Shown: one piece after another, positions 1-10,689 of the stretch
Layout: each line of letters begins with the position of its first letter
How positions within the stretch are numbered: the first letter of the stretch is position 1
From: Bacteroidia bacterium
GTDB taxonomy: Bacteria > Bacteroidota > Bacteroidia > UKL13-3
Assembly (NCBI GenBank): GCA_025454875.1
Contig: JALONP010000008.1
Coordinates: 38,616 to 102,615 of the forward strand
Reading direction: 5' to 3'
DNA length: 64,000 bases
Made by a program: the position numbers and the translations under genes
The notes under the pieces: generated by a model
What the model was told of the DNA's origin: nothing
The model's input: the letters and a program-made list of their open reading frames with translations, nothing else
Databases searched by the model: none

Positions 1-40
1 CAAAAGGTTCTGTAACAATTTTGGAACGATTATCGTTATA

Positions 41-127
41 TGTTCAGTATTGCATGAAGTAGTAAGTGCAATTGTTTCATAGGCTAGCGATTATCCCCCT
101 GAATAAGGGGGACATCGTTTTGACTGA
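41..127 (+). ncRNA. Candidate small-RNA-like element, copy 1: stem-loop (ATTGCA...TGCAAT), then 'GTTTCATAGGCTAG', then GC hairpin CCCCCTGAATAAGGGGG + T-run.
   Basis: Shares a ~75-nt conserved motif with 221-305. Ends in a terminator-like hairpin at ~103-122 followed by TCGTTTT. Confidence 0.3.
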
Positions 128-220
128 CAAATATCAGCAGTGGGTAGGTAAACTTTAATCTGTCTAAGTTGGGTTAAACATACTTAATCCCGTATCTTTG
201 AAGCAGTTATTTGGTTGACT

Positions 221-305
221 TAAAATATTGCATCTATGAGTAGAGGTGCAATTTGTTTCATAGGCTAGAAGAGCCCCCGCAAGGGGGCTTTTCGTTTGTA
301 TATGC
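221..305 (+). ncRNA. Candidate small-RNA-like element, copy 2: same motif, ending in hairpin GCCCCCGCAAGGGGGC + TTTTCGTTT.
   Basis: Aligns with 41-127. Conserved 'ATTGCA..(loop)..TGCAATT(T)GTTTCATAGGCTAG' followed by a GC hairpin and T-run. Confidence 0.3.
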
Positions 306-377
306 TTTTGCTTTCTATGAGCGGTTGTTGTTTTCAATCGGAATTGGCTTAAGTTTACCCCGTAAAATATTTCCCAA

Positions 378-1952
378 ATGAAAACAAAGCTGCTCCTGAT
401 TGTATCCTTTTCAGTTGCGTTTATAGCAACTGCGCAAAAAAAAGCACCTCAAAATTGGTTTAATCTTGACCCCAAACAACAAAAAACAATGGGCGTAAGC
501 AGTGACCGCGCTTACAAAGAATTGCTTCAAGGAAAAAACCCAAAAACCATAGTTGTTGCTGTAATTGATGGTGGTACTGATAACCTTCATGAAGATTTAA
601 AAGATGTTTTGTGGACCAACACTGATGAGATTCCTGATAACGGAATTGATGATGACAAGAACGGTTATGTAGATGATATACATGGTTGGAACTTTATTGG
701 TGGCCCTAAAGGTGATGTAAATGAAGATAACCTTGAAATTACGCGCTATTACGCTTTGCTCCAAAAACATTATAAGAGCAATACCCTCGATTCGTTAAAC
801 ATACCATACGCAACCTATAATGCAGTAAAAAAAGATTTTGAAACACGATTGGCTACTGCAAAAAACCAATACAACCAATATGTACAAATTGAGAAAGGTA
901 TAGATCAGGTATTGCAAACTTTGGGAACAAACAGCCCAACCACAGAGCAATTAAAGGCCTACAAACCTACAGGTACAGGCGATGCCATTGCTCAACAAGT
1001 ATTGTTAAATACAGCAAAAGCGAAAATGACACCTCAAGAATTAAAGAATGAACTGAAAGAGGCCGTGAACCATTTTAAAGCGCAAGTAGATTTTCATTAC
1101 AATGTATCACTCGACACACGCAGTTTGGTTGGCGACAATTATGATAATCCAAATGAACGTTATTATGGAAACAACCATTACAAAGGACCCGAAGCTGGCC
1201 ATGGAACACATGTTGCAGGGATTATTGCCGCTAACCGAAACAATGGAATTGGCATAGCAGGTGTATCGGCATCGGCCCAAATTATGATTGTGCGGGTTGT
1301 ACCTAACGGTGATGAGCGCGACAAAGATGTAGCCAACGCTATTCGCTATGCAGTAGATAATGGTGCCCAAATTATCAATATGAGTTTTGGTAAATCCATT
1401 TCGCCTCAAAAATCAGTTGTGGATGAAGCCGTAATGTACGCAGTATCGCGTAATGTATTGCTGGTGCATGCTGCAGGTAACGATCATAAAAACAACGACA
1501 GCATTCCAAGTTACCCTAATCGGTATTATCAAAACAGCATTGATTATCCTACTACTTGGGTAGAGGTTGGCGCTTCGGCATGGAAAAATGGAGCAACCCT
1601 ACCTGCCGATTTCTCAAACTATGGCGCTGTAACAGTTGATATTTTTGCACCTGGAGTGGATATTAACTCCACCCTACCAGATAATACCTATGGCGAAAAC
1701 AGTGGAACCAGCATGGCAGCTCCGGTATTTTCAGGTGTGGCTGCATTGGTATGGTCGTATTACCCATCACTCACAGCAGTTGAACTTAAATCGGTTTTGC
1801 TTAACAGTGCCATCCCAATTAAAGGTAAAGTTGTGGTTCCGGGTTCTAAAAAACGAAAAGTAAAAATGAAAGCATTGTGCAATACGGGTGGTGTGGTAAA
1901 TGCTTACTCAGCATTGTTGTATGCTGAAAAACAGTTTGGGGCAAAAAGATAA
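378..1952 (+). CDS. Secreted subtilisin-like serine peptidase (S8 family).
   Basis: N-terminal signal peptide. Catalytic motifs: Asp (VIDGGTD), His (HGTHVAGIIAA), Ser (GTSMAAPVFSG). Confidence 0.9.
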   Translation: MKTKLLLIVSFSVAFIATAQKKAPQNWFNLDPKQQKTMGVSSDRAYKELLQGKNPKTIVVAVIDGGTDNLHEDLKDVLWTNTDEIPDNGIDDDKNGYVDDIHGWNFIGGPKGDVNEDNLEITRYYALLQKHYKSNTLDSLNIPYATYNAVKKDFETRLATAKNQYNQYVQIEKGIDQVLQTLGTNSPTTEQLKAYKPTGTGDAIAQQVLLNTAKAKMTPQELKNELKEAVNHFKAQVDFHYNVSLDTRSLVGDNYDNPNERYYGNNHYKGPEAGHGTHVAGIIAANRNNGIGIAGVSASAQIMIVRVVPNGDERDKDVANAIRYAVDNGAQIINMSFGKSISPQKSVVDEAVMYAVSRNVLLVHAAGNDHKNNDSIPSYPNRYYQNSIDYPTTWVEVGASAWKNGATLPADFSNYGAVTVDIFAPGVDINSTLPDNTYGENSGTSMAAPVFSGVAALVWSYYPSLTAVELKSVLLNSAIPIKGKVVVPGSKKRKVKMKALCNTGGVVNAYSALLYAEKQFGAKR

Positions 1953-1992
1953 ATTTGACTATTTGGTAATATGCTTATGAAAGCTATCAAAC

Positions 1993-2020
1993 AAAAAAGG
2001 CTGCAATTGCAGCCTTTTTT
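1993..2020. terminator. Bidirectional rho-independent terminator between the convergent protease and aconitase genes.
   Basis: AAAAAAGGCTGCAATTGCAGCCTTTTTT: perfect hairpin flanked by an A-run and a T-run. Confidence 0.7.
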
Positions 2021-2038
2021 GTTTGATAAAAAATCACT

Positions 2039-4306
2039 TTAAGCAGAAATACTTGCCCTAATAATATTGAGCGCTCCTCCTGCTTTAAACCATTCGATTT
2101 GTTGTTCATTGTACGTATGGTTTACACTAATTTCATCTGTACTCCCATCCGCATGGTTAAGTACCAATACCAAAGGTTTATTTGGAGTAAATGATGTTAG
2201 TCCTTTGATATCGATTACATCGTCTTCTTTAATTTTATCGTAATCGTTTTTATCAGCAAAGGTGAGTGCAAGCATTCCTTGTTTTTTCAAGTTGGTTTCG
2301 TGAATACGTGCAAATGATTTAACCAATACAGCACGCACACCCAAATGCCTTGGCTCCATTGCGGCATGTTCCCTTGACGAACCTTCACCGTAATTTTCAT
2401 CACCCACTACTATGCTTCCAATTCCTTGTGCTTTGTATTGGCGTTGTACTTTAGGCACCGACTCATACGTTCCAGTTAATTGGTTTTTTACACTGTCGGT
2501 TTTTTCGTTGAAATAATTCACTGCACCAATCAGCATATTGTTGGAGATATTATCTAAGTGGCCACGGTATTTTAACCAAGGGCCTGCCATCGAAATATGA
2601 TCTGTTGTACACTTGCCTTTTGCCTTAATCAATAATTTAAGTCCAGTTAGGTCTGTACCTTCCCAGGCAGCAAATGGGTCTAACAATTGCAAACGATCAG
2701 ATGTTGGAGAAACAGCTACTTGAACCGTGCTACCATCAACAGCAGGTGCAATAAATCCTGCGTCTTCAACAGCAAATCCTTTGGTTGGCAACTCATCACC
2801 TGTTGGTGCATCCAAGGTTACTTGCTCACCTTTTTCGTTGGTAAGGGTATCGGTAAGTGGGTTAAAGGTTAAATCGCCTGCTATTGCCAAAGCTGTTACC
2901 AACTCTGGTGAACCCACAAATGCAAACGTGTTTGGATTGCCATCGGCACGTTTGGCAAAGTTGCGGTTAAATGAGTGTACGATGGTGTTTTTCTCAGCTT
3001 TTTCGGCACCAACACGGGCCCACATTCCAATACATGGACCACAAGCATTGGCAAATACTTTGGCACCAATCTTATCAAATGTTTCTAAAAATCCATCGCG
3101 CTCAATGGTGTACCTTACTTGCTCTGAACCTGGAGTAATGGTGAATTCTGCTTTGGTTTTTAACCCTTTTGCGGCAACTTGTTTGGCCAATGATGCAGCA
3201 CGCGCTATGTCTTCGTATGAAGAGTTGGTACATGAACCAATCAATCCTACTTCAACCTTGGTTGGCCAACCGTTTTTAACAGCTTCCTCTTTCATTTTAG
3301 ATATAGGAGTTGCCAAGTCTGGTGTAAACGGACCATTCAAATGCGGCTCCAACTCACTCAAGTTAATTTCAATAATTTGATCAAAGTATTGCTCAGGGTT
3401 TGCGTATACCTCTGGATCGCCTGTTAAATGTTCTTTAATGGCATTGGCAGCATCAGCCACATCTGCGCGGCCTGTGGCTCTTAGGTAACGCTCCATGCTT
3501 TGGTCGTAACCAAATGTAGAAGTAGTTGCCCCAATTTCAGCACCCATATTGCAAATGGTTCCTTTTCCAGTACAACTCATTGAAGTTGCTCCTTCGCCAA
3601 AGTATTCAACAATGGCACCTGTTCCACCTTTTACCGTAAGGATTCCGGCAACTTTTAAAATCACATCTTTTGGAGATGTCCAGCCGTTTAATTTACCCGT
3701 TAATTTCACCCCAATCAGTTTAGGCCACTTGAGTTCCCAAGGCAAGCCTGCCATTACATCACATGCATCTGCTCCTCCAACACCAATGGCAATCATTCCG
3801 AGTCCCCCGGCATTTACTGTATGCGAATCGGTACCAATCATCAATCCACCTGGGAATGCATAATTTTCGAGCACTACTTGGTGAATAATACCTGCACCTG
3901 CTTTCCAAAATCCAATTCCATACTTGTTTGAAACAGACGCTAAAAAATCGTACACTTCTTTGTTTTCAGTTACCGCTTTGGTTAAGTCGGTAGATGAACC
4001 AACTTGCGCTGTAATCAAGTGATCGCAGTGCACAGTTGAAGGAACTGCTACTTTGGGTCTACCCGCTTGCATAAATTGCAAAAGCGCCATTTGAGCTGTT
4101 GCATCTTGCATGGCTACCCTATCTGGTGCAAAATCAACATAACTTTTACCACGCTCAAATGCTTGAGTAGCTTTACCCGCACTTAAGTGGCTATACAAAA
4201 TTTTCTCAGCTAAGGTTAATGGTTTGTTTGTGGCTTTTCTAGCTGCTTCAATACGCTCCGCCATGCTTGCGTATACAGCCTTAATCATGTCTAAATCAAA
4301 TGTCAT
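2039..4306 (-). CDS. acnA: Aconitate hydratase (755 aa, Bacteroidota/mitochondrial type).
   Basis: Fe-S ligand and active-site motifs ([26 protein letters not shown]). 755-aa length. Confidence 0.9.
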   Translation of the reverse strand: MTFDLDMIKAVYASMAERIEAARKATNKPLTLAEKILYSHLSAGKATQAFERGKSYVDFAPDRVAMQDATAQMALLQFMQAGRPKVAVPSTVHCDHLITAQVGSSTDLTKAVTENKEVYDFLASVSNKYGIGFWKAGAGIIHQVVLENYAFPGGLMIGTDSHTVNAGGLGMIAIGVGGADACDVMAGLPWELKWPKLIGVKLTGKLNGWTSPKDVILKVAGILTVKGGTGAIVEYFGEGATSMSCTGKGTICNMGAEIGATTSTFGYDQSMERYLRATGRADVADAANAIKEHLTGDPEVYANPEQYFDQIIEINLSELEPHLNGPFTPDLATPISKMKEEAVKNGWPTKVEVGLIGSCTNSSYEDIARAASLAKQVAAKGLKTKAEFTITPGSEQVRYTIERDGFLETFDKIGAKVFANACGPCIGMWARVGAEKAEKNTIVHSFNRNFAKRADGNPNTFAFVGSPELVTALAIAGDLTFNPLTDTLTNEKGEQVTLDAPTGDELPTKGFAVEDAGFIAPAVDGSTVQVAVSPTSDRLQLLDPFAAWEGTDLTGLKLLIKAKGKCTTDHISMAGPWLKYRGHLDNISNNMLIGAVNYFNEKTDSVKNQLTGTYESVPKVQRQYKAQGIGSIVVGDENYGEGSSREHAAMEPRHLGVRAVLVKSFARIHETNLKKQGMLALTFADKNDYDKIKEDDVIDIKGLTSFTPNKPLVLVLNHADGSTDEISVNHTYNEQQIEWFKAGGALNIIRASISA

Positions 4307-4468
4307 ACAAAAATTGAATAGAAGGTTTATGTTAAGCTATTGACCAAAATGCTGAACAATTTACCATTACGTAAAGCGGTTTTGGAAAAAGCACTGCAAG
4401 TATACGGATTATTAGCTTCAAAGGCGATTCCGTTAACGAATTTATTGCAAACTTGATATACTTGTAAT

Positions 4469-6400
4469 ATGAAACAATTGAAATTAGGCACGCTACTCTG
4501 TTTAATTGGCTTTCAGCTTATTACAAATGCCACTCCTCTTACTGATAGTTTAAAACTACAACTTACTGGAAAAGCAGATACCAACCAAGTAAAGCTGTTA
4601 AGCGAGTTGTGTTGGCAGTATTGCACCCTTGCCACAGATACAGCAATTGTTTATGGAAACAAAGCGGTAAGCATGGCATTAACACTTAACGACTCTAACC
4701 ATATTGCACAAGCGTACAACGATTTAGGAATTGCCCATTATTATGCTGGCCATTTTAATGAGGCCATAGCCGCCTATGAACAATCACTTGCAATCCGACT
4801 AAAACTTGGAAATGTTCGGAATGTGGCGGCAGTGTACAACAAACTTGGCATCGTGTACCAAAAGTTATCAAAATTTACTGAAGCACTTTACTACAATTTA
4901 CTCGCGTTAAAATTATTCGAGTCGATAGGCTATAATATGGGCGTTTCGTATGGTTACAACAATATCGCCATTATTAACCAAAATTTAGGTGATTATAAAA
5001 AAGCGTTGTTTTACCACGAACGGAGTTTAGCCATCAAACAAAAAATGAACGACTCTAATGGATTGGCTGGCTCCTATTCGAATATGGCAAATATTTACAG
5101 GCAACTCCACCAATTTGACCAAGCATTGATATACTACAATAAAGCACTGGCCATGTTAACCTATACCAAGGATATGGAATACCTCTCTTCTACGTACAAT
5201 AATTTAGGAGAAACGTATGTGATGATGGAAAAACCCAAACAAGCAATACCCAACTTGCTTAAAGGAATTGCTATCCGCGAAAAAAATACGGATGTAAAAG
5301 CATTGGTGTCTTCGTATATCAATATGGCCGATGCTTATGCACTCTTGAACAATGCCAAAGAAGAGCGATATTATCTTGAAAAAGCAAAGATGCTCAGCAA
5401 GCAACTTCCCGGAATGCGTGAGCAGGCAGTATTGTATCTTAAATTGGCAAATGCTGCTTACCAATTAAAGGATTACCAGTCGGCAAGTAGGTATTACCAA
5501 CAACAAATTGCCCTTAATGATAGCTTGTTAAATGAAGAAGTGGTGCGTAAAGTAGCTGAAATGGAAACCCTTTATGAAACAGAAAAAAAAGAGGCTTTGA
5601 ATACCGTTTTGTTGCAAGAGAATAAAATTCAGCAATTGGCAATTGCTACCAAACGGTTTCAGTTGGGATTGCTTGCGGGTGTGCTTGCCTTGGTTTTGGT
5701 TACAAGTTTTTTGGTTTACAGCCGATACAAGCACAAAAAAGAACAAGAACTCATTACCACCAAAATTTATGCAGAACAGCAACGATTGCAATCCATGATT
5801 GCTACACAAGAAGAAGAACGTAAGCGTATTTCAGGTGAACTGCACGATGGTATTGGACAACTCTTATCGGTGGTGCGCATGAACCTTTCGGTTATCGAAC
5901 AACAAAACGTTTCTACCAATATCAACCAAACCATTCATTTGTTAGATAATGCTTGCAACGAACTCCGAACCATTTCGCACCAATTAATGCCAGCGGTTTT
6001 AATTAACAAAGGAATTGGCGGTGCCCTAGCCGAGTTAATTAGCAACCTAAGCAAAGCAAGCAAGTTGCATATAGATTATTATGCCGACCCTTTGGATGGA
6101 TTAAAACCTGAGCAAGAAATTCATTTGTTTCGAATCATACAAGAGCTGCTAAACAATGCAGTTAAGTATGCCGAAGCCACGGAACTGCATCTAACATTGC
6201 ATATTGAGGGCAATGCACTTAAGGTAATGGTAAGTGATAATGGTAAAGGATTTGACACAAAATTAGTAACCACCGGAACTGGAAATGGTTGGCACAATAT
6301 CAGCACACGCACAAGGCTTTTAAATGGTGTATTGGATATTGAATCAGCACCTAAGCAAGGAACTTCTGTATTTATTGAAATACCAATTACGCCTAATTGA
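4469..6400 (+). CDS. TPR-repeat sensor histidine kinase (HisKA_3/NarL-type DHp + HATPase_c). No cognate RR is adjacent.
   Basis: Signal peptide, about 8 TPR-like repeats, a TM helix, H-box ELHDGIGQLLS and ATPase motifs (DNGKGF). Confidence 0.8.
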   Translation: MKQLKLGTLLCLIGFQLITNATPLTDSLKLQLTGKADTNQVKLLSELCWQYCTLATDTAIVYGNKAVSMALTLNDSNHIAQAYNDLGIAHYYAGHFNEAIAAYEQSLAIRLKLGNVRNVAAVYNKLGIVYQKLSKFTEALYYNLLALKLFESIGYNMGVSYGYNNIAIINQNLGDYKKALFYHERSLAIKQKMNDSNGLAGSYSNMANIYRQLHQFDQALIYYNKALAMLTYTKDMEYLSSTYNNLGETYVMMEKPKQAIPNLLKGIAIREKNTDVKALVSSYINMADAYALLNNAKEERYYLEKAKMLSKQLPGMREQAVLYLKLANAAYQLKDYQSASRYYQQQIALNDSLLNEEVVRKVAEMETLYETEKKEALNTVLLQENKIQQLAIATKRFQLGLLAGVLALVLVTSFLVYSRYKHKKEQELITTKIYAEQQRLQSMIATQEEERKRISGELHDGIGQLLSVVRMNLSVIEQQNVSTNINQTIHLLDNACNELRTISHQLMPAVLINKGIGGALAELISNLSKASKLHIDYYADPLDGLKPEQEIHLFRIIQELLNNAVKYAEATELHLTLHIEGNALKVMVSDNGKGFDTKLVTTGTGNGWHNISTRTRLLNGVLDIESAPKQGTSVFIEIPITPN

Positions 6401-6450
6401 CAATAAACATTTAGATTGCACACAACAAATAACCTTAACAAAAACATCCT

Positions 6451-7422
6451 ATGGAATTAGTAGAAGAACCAAACAACAAACACAACAACCAAATTGAATT
6501 TGACGGACAAGGATTTGATTTATTTGGCATCTTGATTTTAAACTGGCTTTTAACGTTGGTAACATTGGGGTTGTATTACCCTTGGGCAAGGGTAAATTTA
6601 TTGCGTTTTTATTATGGCAATACATCCCTTAACAATACCTCATTTGTATTTGAAGGTAACGGACTCGAGTTGTTTAAAGGATTTATTCGGGTGTTTGCCC
6701 TTTTTGTTGGACTCTATGTATTGTTTATTTATGGAAACCTCACTCAGAATATTCCATTGATGCTCTCAGGTGCGGCATTGTTGGCCATTTGTTTTATTGC
6801 TGCTATACCATTTGCCTTGCATGGTGCAATGAAGTACAGGTTGGGTAGAACTTCGTGGAGGGGCATTTATTTTGGGTATCGTGGCAATCGAAACGAATTG
6901 TTGTACCGCACGTACACTGGATTGTTGCTCACCATTATCACACTTGGTATTTATTTTCCATGGATGGTAAACGACTTAAGGGTATATATAATCAGCAATA
7001 TGCGTTTTGGTAACCTAAGATTACGTTACCATGGCAAAGGATCGGAGTTGTTCATCATCTACTTAAAGGCATTTTTCTTAATGCCAATTACACTTGGGTT
7101 GTATAGTTTTTGGTTTCAAAAAGAATATTACAACTACCTTATCGAGTACACTTCCATTGAACAAGAGGGACAATCGCATTTATTGGGCAGTGAAATTTCG
7201 GGCATTGAATTACTCGAATTGGGATTTACTAATTTTTTCCTCGTAATCATTACCCTAGGTATTGGTGCACCTTGGGCGCAAATACGCAGAATAACCTATT
7301 TGATTAACCGAATTCAAATACCTGAAACGGTTAATTTTGATACCGTGCAACAAACTGAAGATGAATACAAGGATGCCACTGGTGAAGATTTATTAGACTT
7401 CTTAGATATAGGAATTGTTTAA
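6451..7422 (+). CDS. DUF898 (YjgN-like) multi-pass membrane protein.
   Basis: Repeated 'LGLYYPWA / LGIYFPWM / LGIGAPWA' membrane motifs typical of DUF898. Confidence 0.6.
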   Translation: MELVEEPNNKHNNQIEFDGQGFDLFGILILNWLLTLVTLGLYYPWARVNLLRFYYGNTSLNNTSFVFEGNGLELFKGFIRVFALFVGLYVLFIYGNLTQNIPLMLSGAALLAICFIAAIPFALHGAMKYRLGRTSWRGIYFGYRGNRNELLYRTYTGLLLTIITLGIYFPWMVNDLRVYIISNMRFGNLRLRYHGKGSELFIIYLKAFFLMPITLGLYSFWFQKEYYNYLIEYTSIEQEGQSHLLGSEISGIELLELGFTNFFLVIITLGIGAPWAQIRRITYLINRIQIPETVNFDTVQQTEDEYKDATGEDLLDFLDIGIV

Positions 7423-8509
7423 CATGGAACGTGCATACAAGGGTAGGTATTATGATGGGCTACAATCAACAGCCATTGTTGTATCGGTTTTTATTACCAA
7501 CACTACTTTAAACATTCAATACCAAGATGCAGATGAACAAACTGTGTTGATTGAATGGCCCAAAGAGGGCATCCAAAAAGTATCTCTCGCTTCTACACAT
7601 ATTGCACTTAAATACGGCAAAGAATATCCATACCAACAAGTTGAGTTAACCGATATTGATTTTATTGCCGCTTACCAAGATTGGACCGGTGGACAATTGA
7701 TGCAGCGTTGGTTGCAGATGAGTTCCACTACAATGGTATTGGCGCTATTGGCAGGCATTGTGGCCGTAATGGTGGGTTTGTATTTATGGGGTGTACCATG
7801 GATTGCTGATAAGGTCGCCCAACAAGTTCCTGTGGAATATGAAGTTGATTTAGGCAAAAGTATTGCAAGCCAAATTACCACAAACAAAACAATTGATAGT
7901 AACAGAACGGAAGCGATTAACCATTTTTTTGAGCAGCTTAAACTTGAAACAACTTACCCTGTTGCCATCACCGTTATTAAGAGTCCGGTAGTAAATGCAT
8001 TTGCATTGCCCGGTGGACAAATTGTAGTGTACGACTCGATGTTGGTTACCTTGCAAAAACCAGAAGAACTTGCTGCATTGTTGTGCCACGAGTTTGCCCA
8101 TGTGCAACTGAAACATTCAACTCGAAATATTTTTAGAACATTATCAGGATATTTATTTGTATCGGCATTGTTTGGCGATTTCAGCGGAATTTCTGCAGTA
8201 ATTATTGGCAATGCCAACGAGTTGCGCAATTTAAGTTACAGCCGCGAACTTGAGTCGGAAGCCGATGGATTTGCATTGGCACATCTCAAAAAACAACGTA
8301 TCGATATCAAGGGCATGATTGGGTTGTTTGAAAAATTGCAACAATCACAAACGGTAACCGTATCGGAATGGATGAGTACACATCCTGATTTATCAAACCG
8401 TATTCAAAAAGCAACCTATTACCAGCAAAACAATCCGTACACTGTTATTACAAACGACAGTATGCAATTTTATTTTAACCAATTGCAGCAATCCAATGAG
8501 TGGCAATAA
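7415..8509 (+). CDS. M48-family zinc metallopeptidase (membrane-anchored).
   Basis: HEFAH zinc-binding motif (LCHEFAHVQLKHS) and a downstream E; N-terminal TM segment. Overlaps the DUF898 stop by 8 bp. Confidence 0.75.
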   Translation: MFNMERAYKGRYYDGLQSTAIVVSVFITNTTLNIQYQDADEQTVLIEWPKEGIQKVSLASTHIALKYGKEYPYQQVELTDIDFIAAYQDWTGGQLMQRWLQMSSTTMVLALLAGIVAVMVGLYLWGVPWIADKVAQQVPVEYEVDLGKSIASQITTNKTIDSNRTEAINHFFEQLKLETTYPVAITVIKSPVVNAFALPGGQIVVYDSMLVTLQKPEELAALLCHEFAHVQLKHSTRNIFRTLSGYLFVSALFGDFSGISAVIIGNANELRNLSYSRELESEADGFALAHLKKQRIDIKGMIGLFEKLQQSQTVTVSEWMSTHPDLSNRIQKATYYQQNNPYTVITNDSMQFYFNQLQQSNEWQ

Positions 8510-8795
8510 CAAAGTATCTCGTATTGATGAGTTGTTTGAACTTGACGGTGCACACTCGTCCGAAAAACTGCGTGCTGCATTAACGGCTAAAATTGTGTAC
8601 CTCCTGATACATGATCTTGAACGGTTGTTATCCATCCTTTACCGAATTGATGTACGTGAATGTGATATTAAGGCCGCATTTGCGCAATCAAATCCAACAG
8701 CCATTGCTCCCATGCTAGCCGATGCTGTTTTAAAAAGAGAAGCCGAAAAAGAAATTACACGCGCACAATCCAAACAACACCATACTCCTAACTAA
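8496..8795 (+). CDS. Hypothetical 99-aa protein. Its start overlaps the M48 stop (ATGAGTGGCAATAA).
   Basis: Start overlaps the upstream stop, consistent with a co-transcribed small ORF. No recognisable motif. Confidence 0.35.
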   Translation: MSGNNKVSRIDELFELDGAHSSEKLRAALTAKIVYLLIHDLERLLSILYRIDVRECDIKAAFAQSNPTAIAPMLADAVLKREAEKEITRAQSKQHHTPN

Positions 8796-8899
8796 CTTGC
8801 TTACAATACCTAAACACCTTGCCTGTATAATTTGACAAATTTAATTGTCGTTGAAATAGGTGTAAGGCTTACATTTGCTTCTTACCATATCGACAAACG

Positions 8900-9634
8900 A
8901 TGGCTATACTTATTTTTTTTATTCTACACTGGTATTTATCCTTATTCGGACAAACATTTTTCTTACACCGTTATTCAGCTCACAAAATGTTCACCATGAG
9001 TAAAGGTTGGGAGCGTTTCTGGTATATTTTTTCATGGGTGTCTCAAGGTTCTTCTTATTTAAATGCAAGAGCATATGCTATTCTTCACCGCATGCACCAT
9101 GCTTACAGCGATACTGAAAAGGATCCGCACTCTCCTATTTTTTTCAAAGAAGTATTTACCATGATGTTGTACACCCGCAAAATTTACAATGGTGTATTGC
9201 ATGGAACCATGCAAGTTGAAGAAAAATTTGACCGCAATTTCCCGGAGTATGCTAAGATTGACCGCATTGCTGATGCTTGGCCAACACGTATTGGCTTCGG
9301 ACTTGCCTATGTTGCATTTTACGTTGCGTTTGCAACACAATGGTGGATGTACTTGCTGCTTCCCATTCATTTTTTAATGGGACCAGTGCATGGAGCAATC
9401 GTAAACTGGGCAGGACATAAATACGGATACCGTAATTTTGAAGAAGGCGATCATTCTAAAAACACATTGATTATCGACTTTTTGATGCTAGGCGAATTGT
9501 TCCAAAATAACCACCACCATGCAGGTTCACGACCAAATTTTGCTGCCAAATGGTGGGAAGTAGATCCTGTGTATCCAGTGATGCGCTTGTTTCACAAACT
9601 GGGAATCATCCAACTTGCGCCAGCAAAAAGTTAA
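8900..9634 (+). CDS. Acyl-CoA (delta-9-type) fatty-acid desaturase.
   Basis: Three histidine boxes: HRYSAHK, HRMHHAYSD, HNNHH. Confidence 0.8.
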   Translation: MAILIFFILHWYLSLFGQTFFLHRYSAHKMFTMSKGWERFWYIFSWVSQGSSYLNARAYAILHRMHHAYSDTEKDPHSPIFFKEVFTMMLYTRKIYNGVLHGTMQVEEKFDRNFPEYAKIDRIADAWPTRIGFGLAYVAFYVAFATQWWMYLLLPIHFLMGPVHGAIVNWAGHKYGYRNFEEGDHSKNTLIIDFLMLGELFQNNHHHAGSRPNFAAKWWEVDPVYPVMRLFHKLGIIQLAPAKS

Positions 9635-10612
9635 TTATTTATGGTATTGGTATTGGTAAGAGGTTACCAAAACTAATTTATCTTTTTGGTTGTACTGTAA
9701 CGTGCTCAATACAATGTTGGATTGTGCCTCATATTTACGTGCATATGATTTGGTAAACTTCGAACGCTGTTTATCCTTAAACTGATAACGTATAATGTTT
9801 TTAGCATCATCATATTCAAGCGTAGTCAATGATTCCAATTTGCCAGTGTAATCAAATTTTTCCAATTTGGTGAGCAAGCTATCAGCGGTGTAAGATGAAA
9901 CTACACGAACCACTCTGCTCTTTTGATCCCTATTTTCACTTACTACAACAAAACTTCCATCGGGGTATTGGTTGTAAGATTTGCAAATTTGGTGGTTTTC
10001 AACTGTTGATTTTATCTGTTCACCCGCTACGTTGCAAGCATAAGTATATCTTCTATAAAGCTTACTTCTTCTGTTATAATAACGCGATTCGGTTCGGTTT
10101 CCCAGAGAATCATAATCGCTCTCCACTTTAAAACTCGGCTTCCCCTTTGCCGTGATGGTTTCGCTTTTGATCATTTTACCAGCCGCATTGTACGAAAACA
10201 ACTGTGTGTTTAACAGTTTTCCATTTTTGCCCTTACAAACAACAGCCTCTATTTGGCCATTGTTATTGAGTTGGTAAGTATGATCGCGAATGGTATCTCC
10301 CTTTACAATGTAGATCATACGTGTGAGCGTAGAGTCGTTTGTGTATTCATTAATGGTTGTGCGCTGGGGTTTATTGTTTTTATATTGGGTAAATTGGATT
10401 TGTTGACCCACGCGGTTGTAACTGCCCGTACCAATAATAAATTGTTTGCCCTTTTTAGTTTGTGTTTCGGTTATTTCTTTAATCTGGTGTTGTTTAAAGT
10501 AAGTCGAATTGTATTTCCACCAAAAAAATTCATTGGAGCTCATTAAATGACCTTGAGCATACACATTCAAGAGGAAGCTAATCAATAGCAAAAACGAAGA
10601 AATTTTTTTCAT
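9635..10612 (-). CDS. Hypothetical secreted protein/lipoprotein.
   Basis: Signal peptide MKKISSFLLLISFLLNVYAQ. No recognisable catalytic motif. Confidence 0.5.
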   Translation of the reverse strand: MKKISSFLLLISFLLNVYAQGHLMSSNEFFWWKYNSTYFKQHQIKEITETQTKKGKQFIIGTGSYNRVGQQIQFTQYKNNKPQRTTINEYTNDSTLTRMIYIVKGDTIRDHTYQLNNNGQIEAVVCKGKNGKLLNTQLFSYNAAGKMIKSETITAKGKPSFKVESDYDSLGNRTESRYYNRRSKLYRRYTYACNVAGEQIKSTVENHQICKSYNQYPDGSFVVVSENRDQKSRVVRVVSSYTADSLLTKLEKFDYTGKLESLTTLEYDDAKNIIRYQFKDKQRSKFTKSYARKYEAQSNIVLSTLQYNQKDKLVLVTSYQYQYHK

Positions 10613-10689
10613 ATGGGTTAGGATTACATAGTTAAGTAAATTTATATGTATATCAAAGTAAAAATAATTCTTATCCTACCTCATCTATT

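Noticed and set aside
1107-1409. Antisense/alternate-frame ORFs inside confirmed genes. Examples: 1107..1409 -, 2727..3380 +, 16977..17660 -, 18006..18455 -, 24666..25157 +, 53892..54521 +.
   Set aside because: They are fully embedded in long, strongly motif-supported CDSs on the other strand, and their translations are low-complexity.
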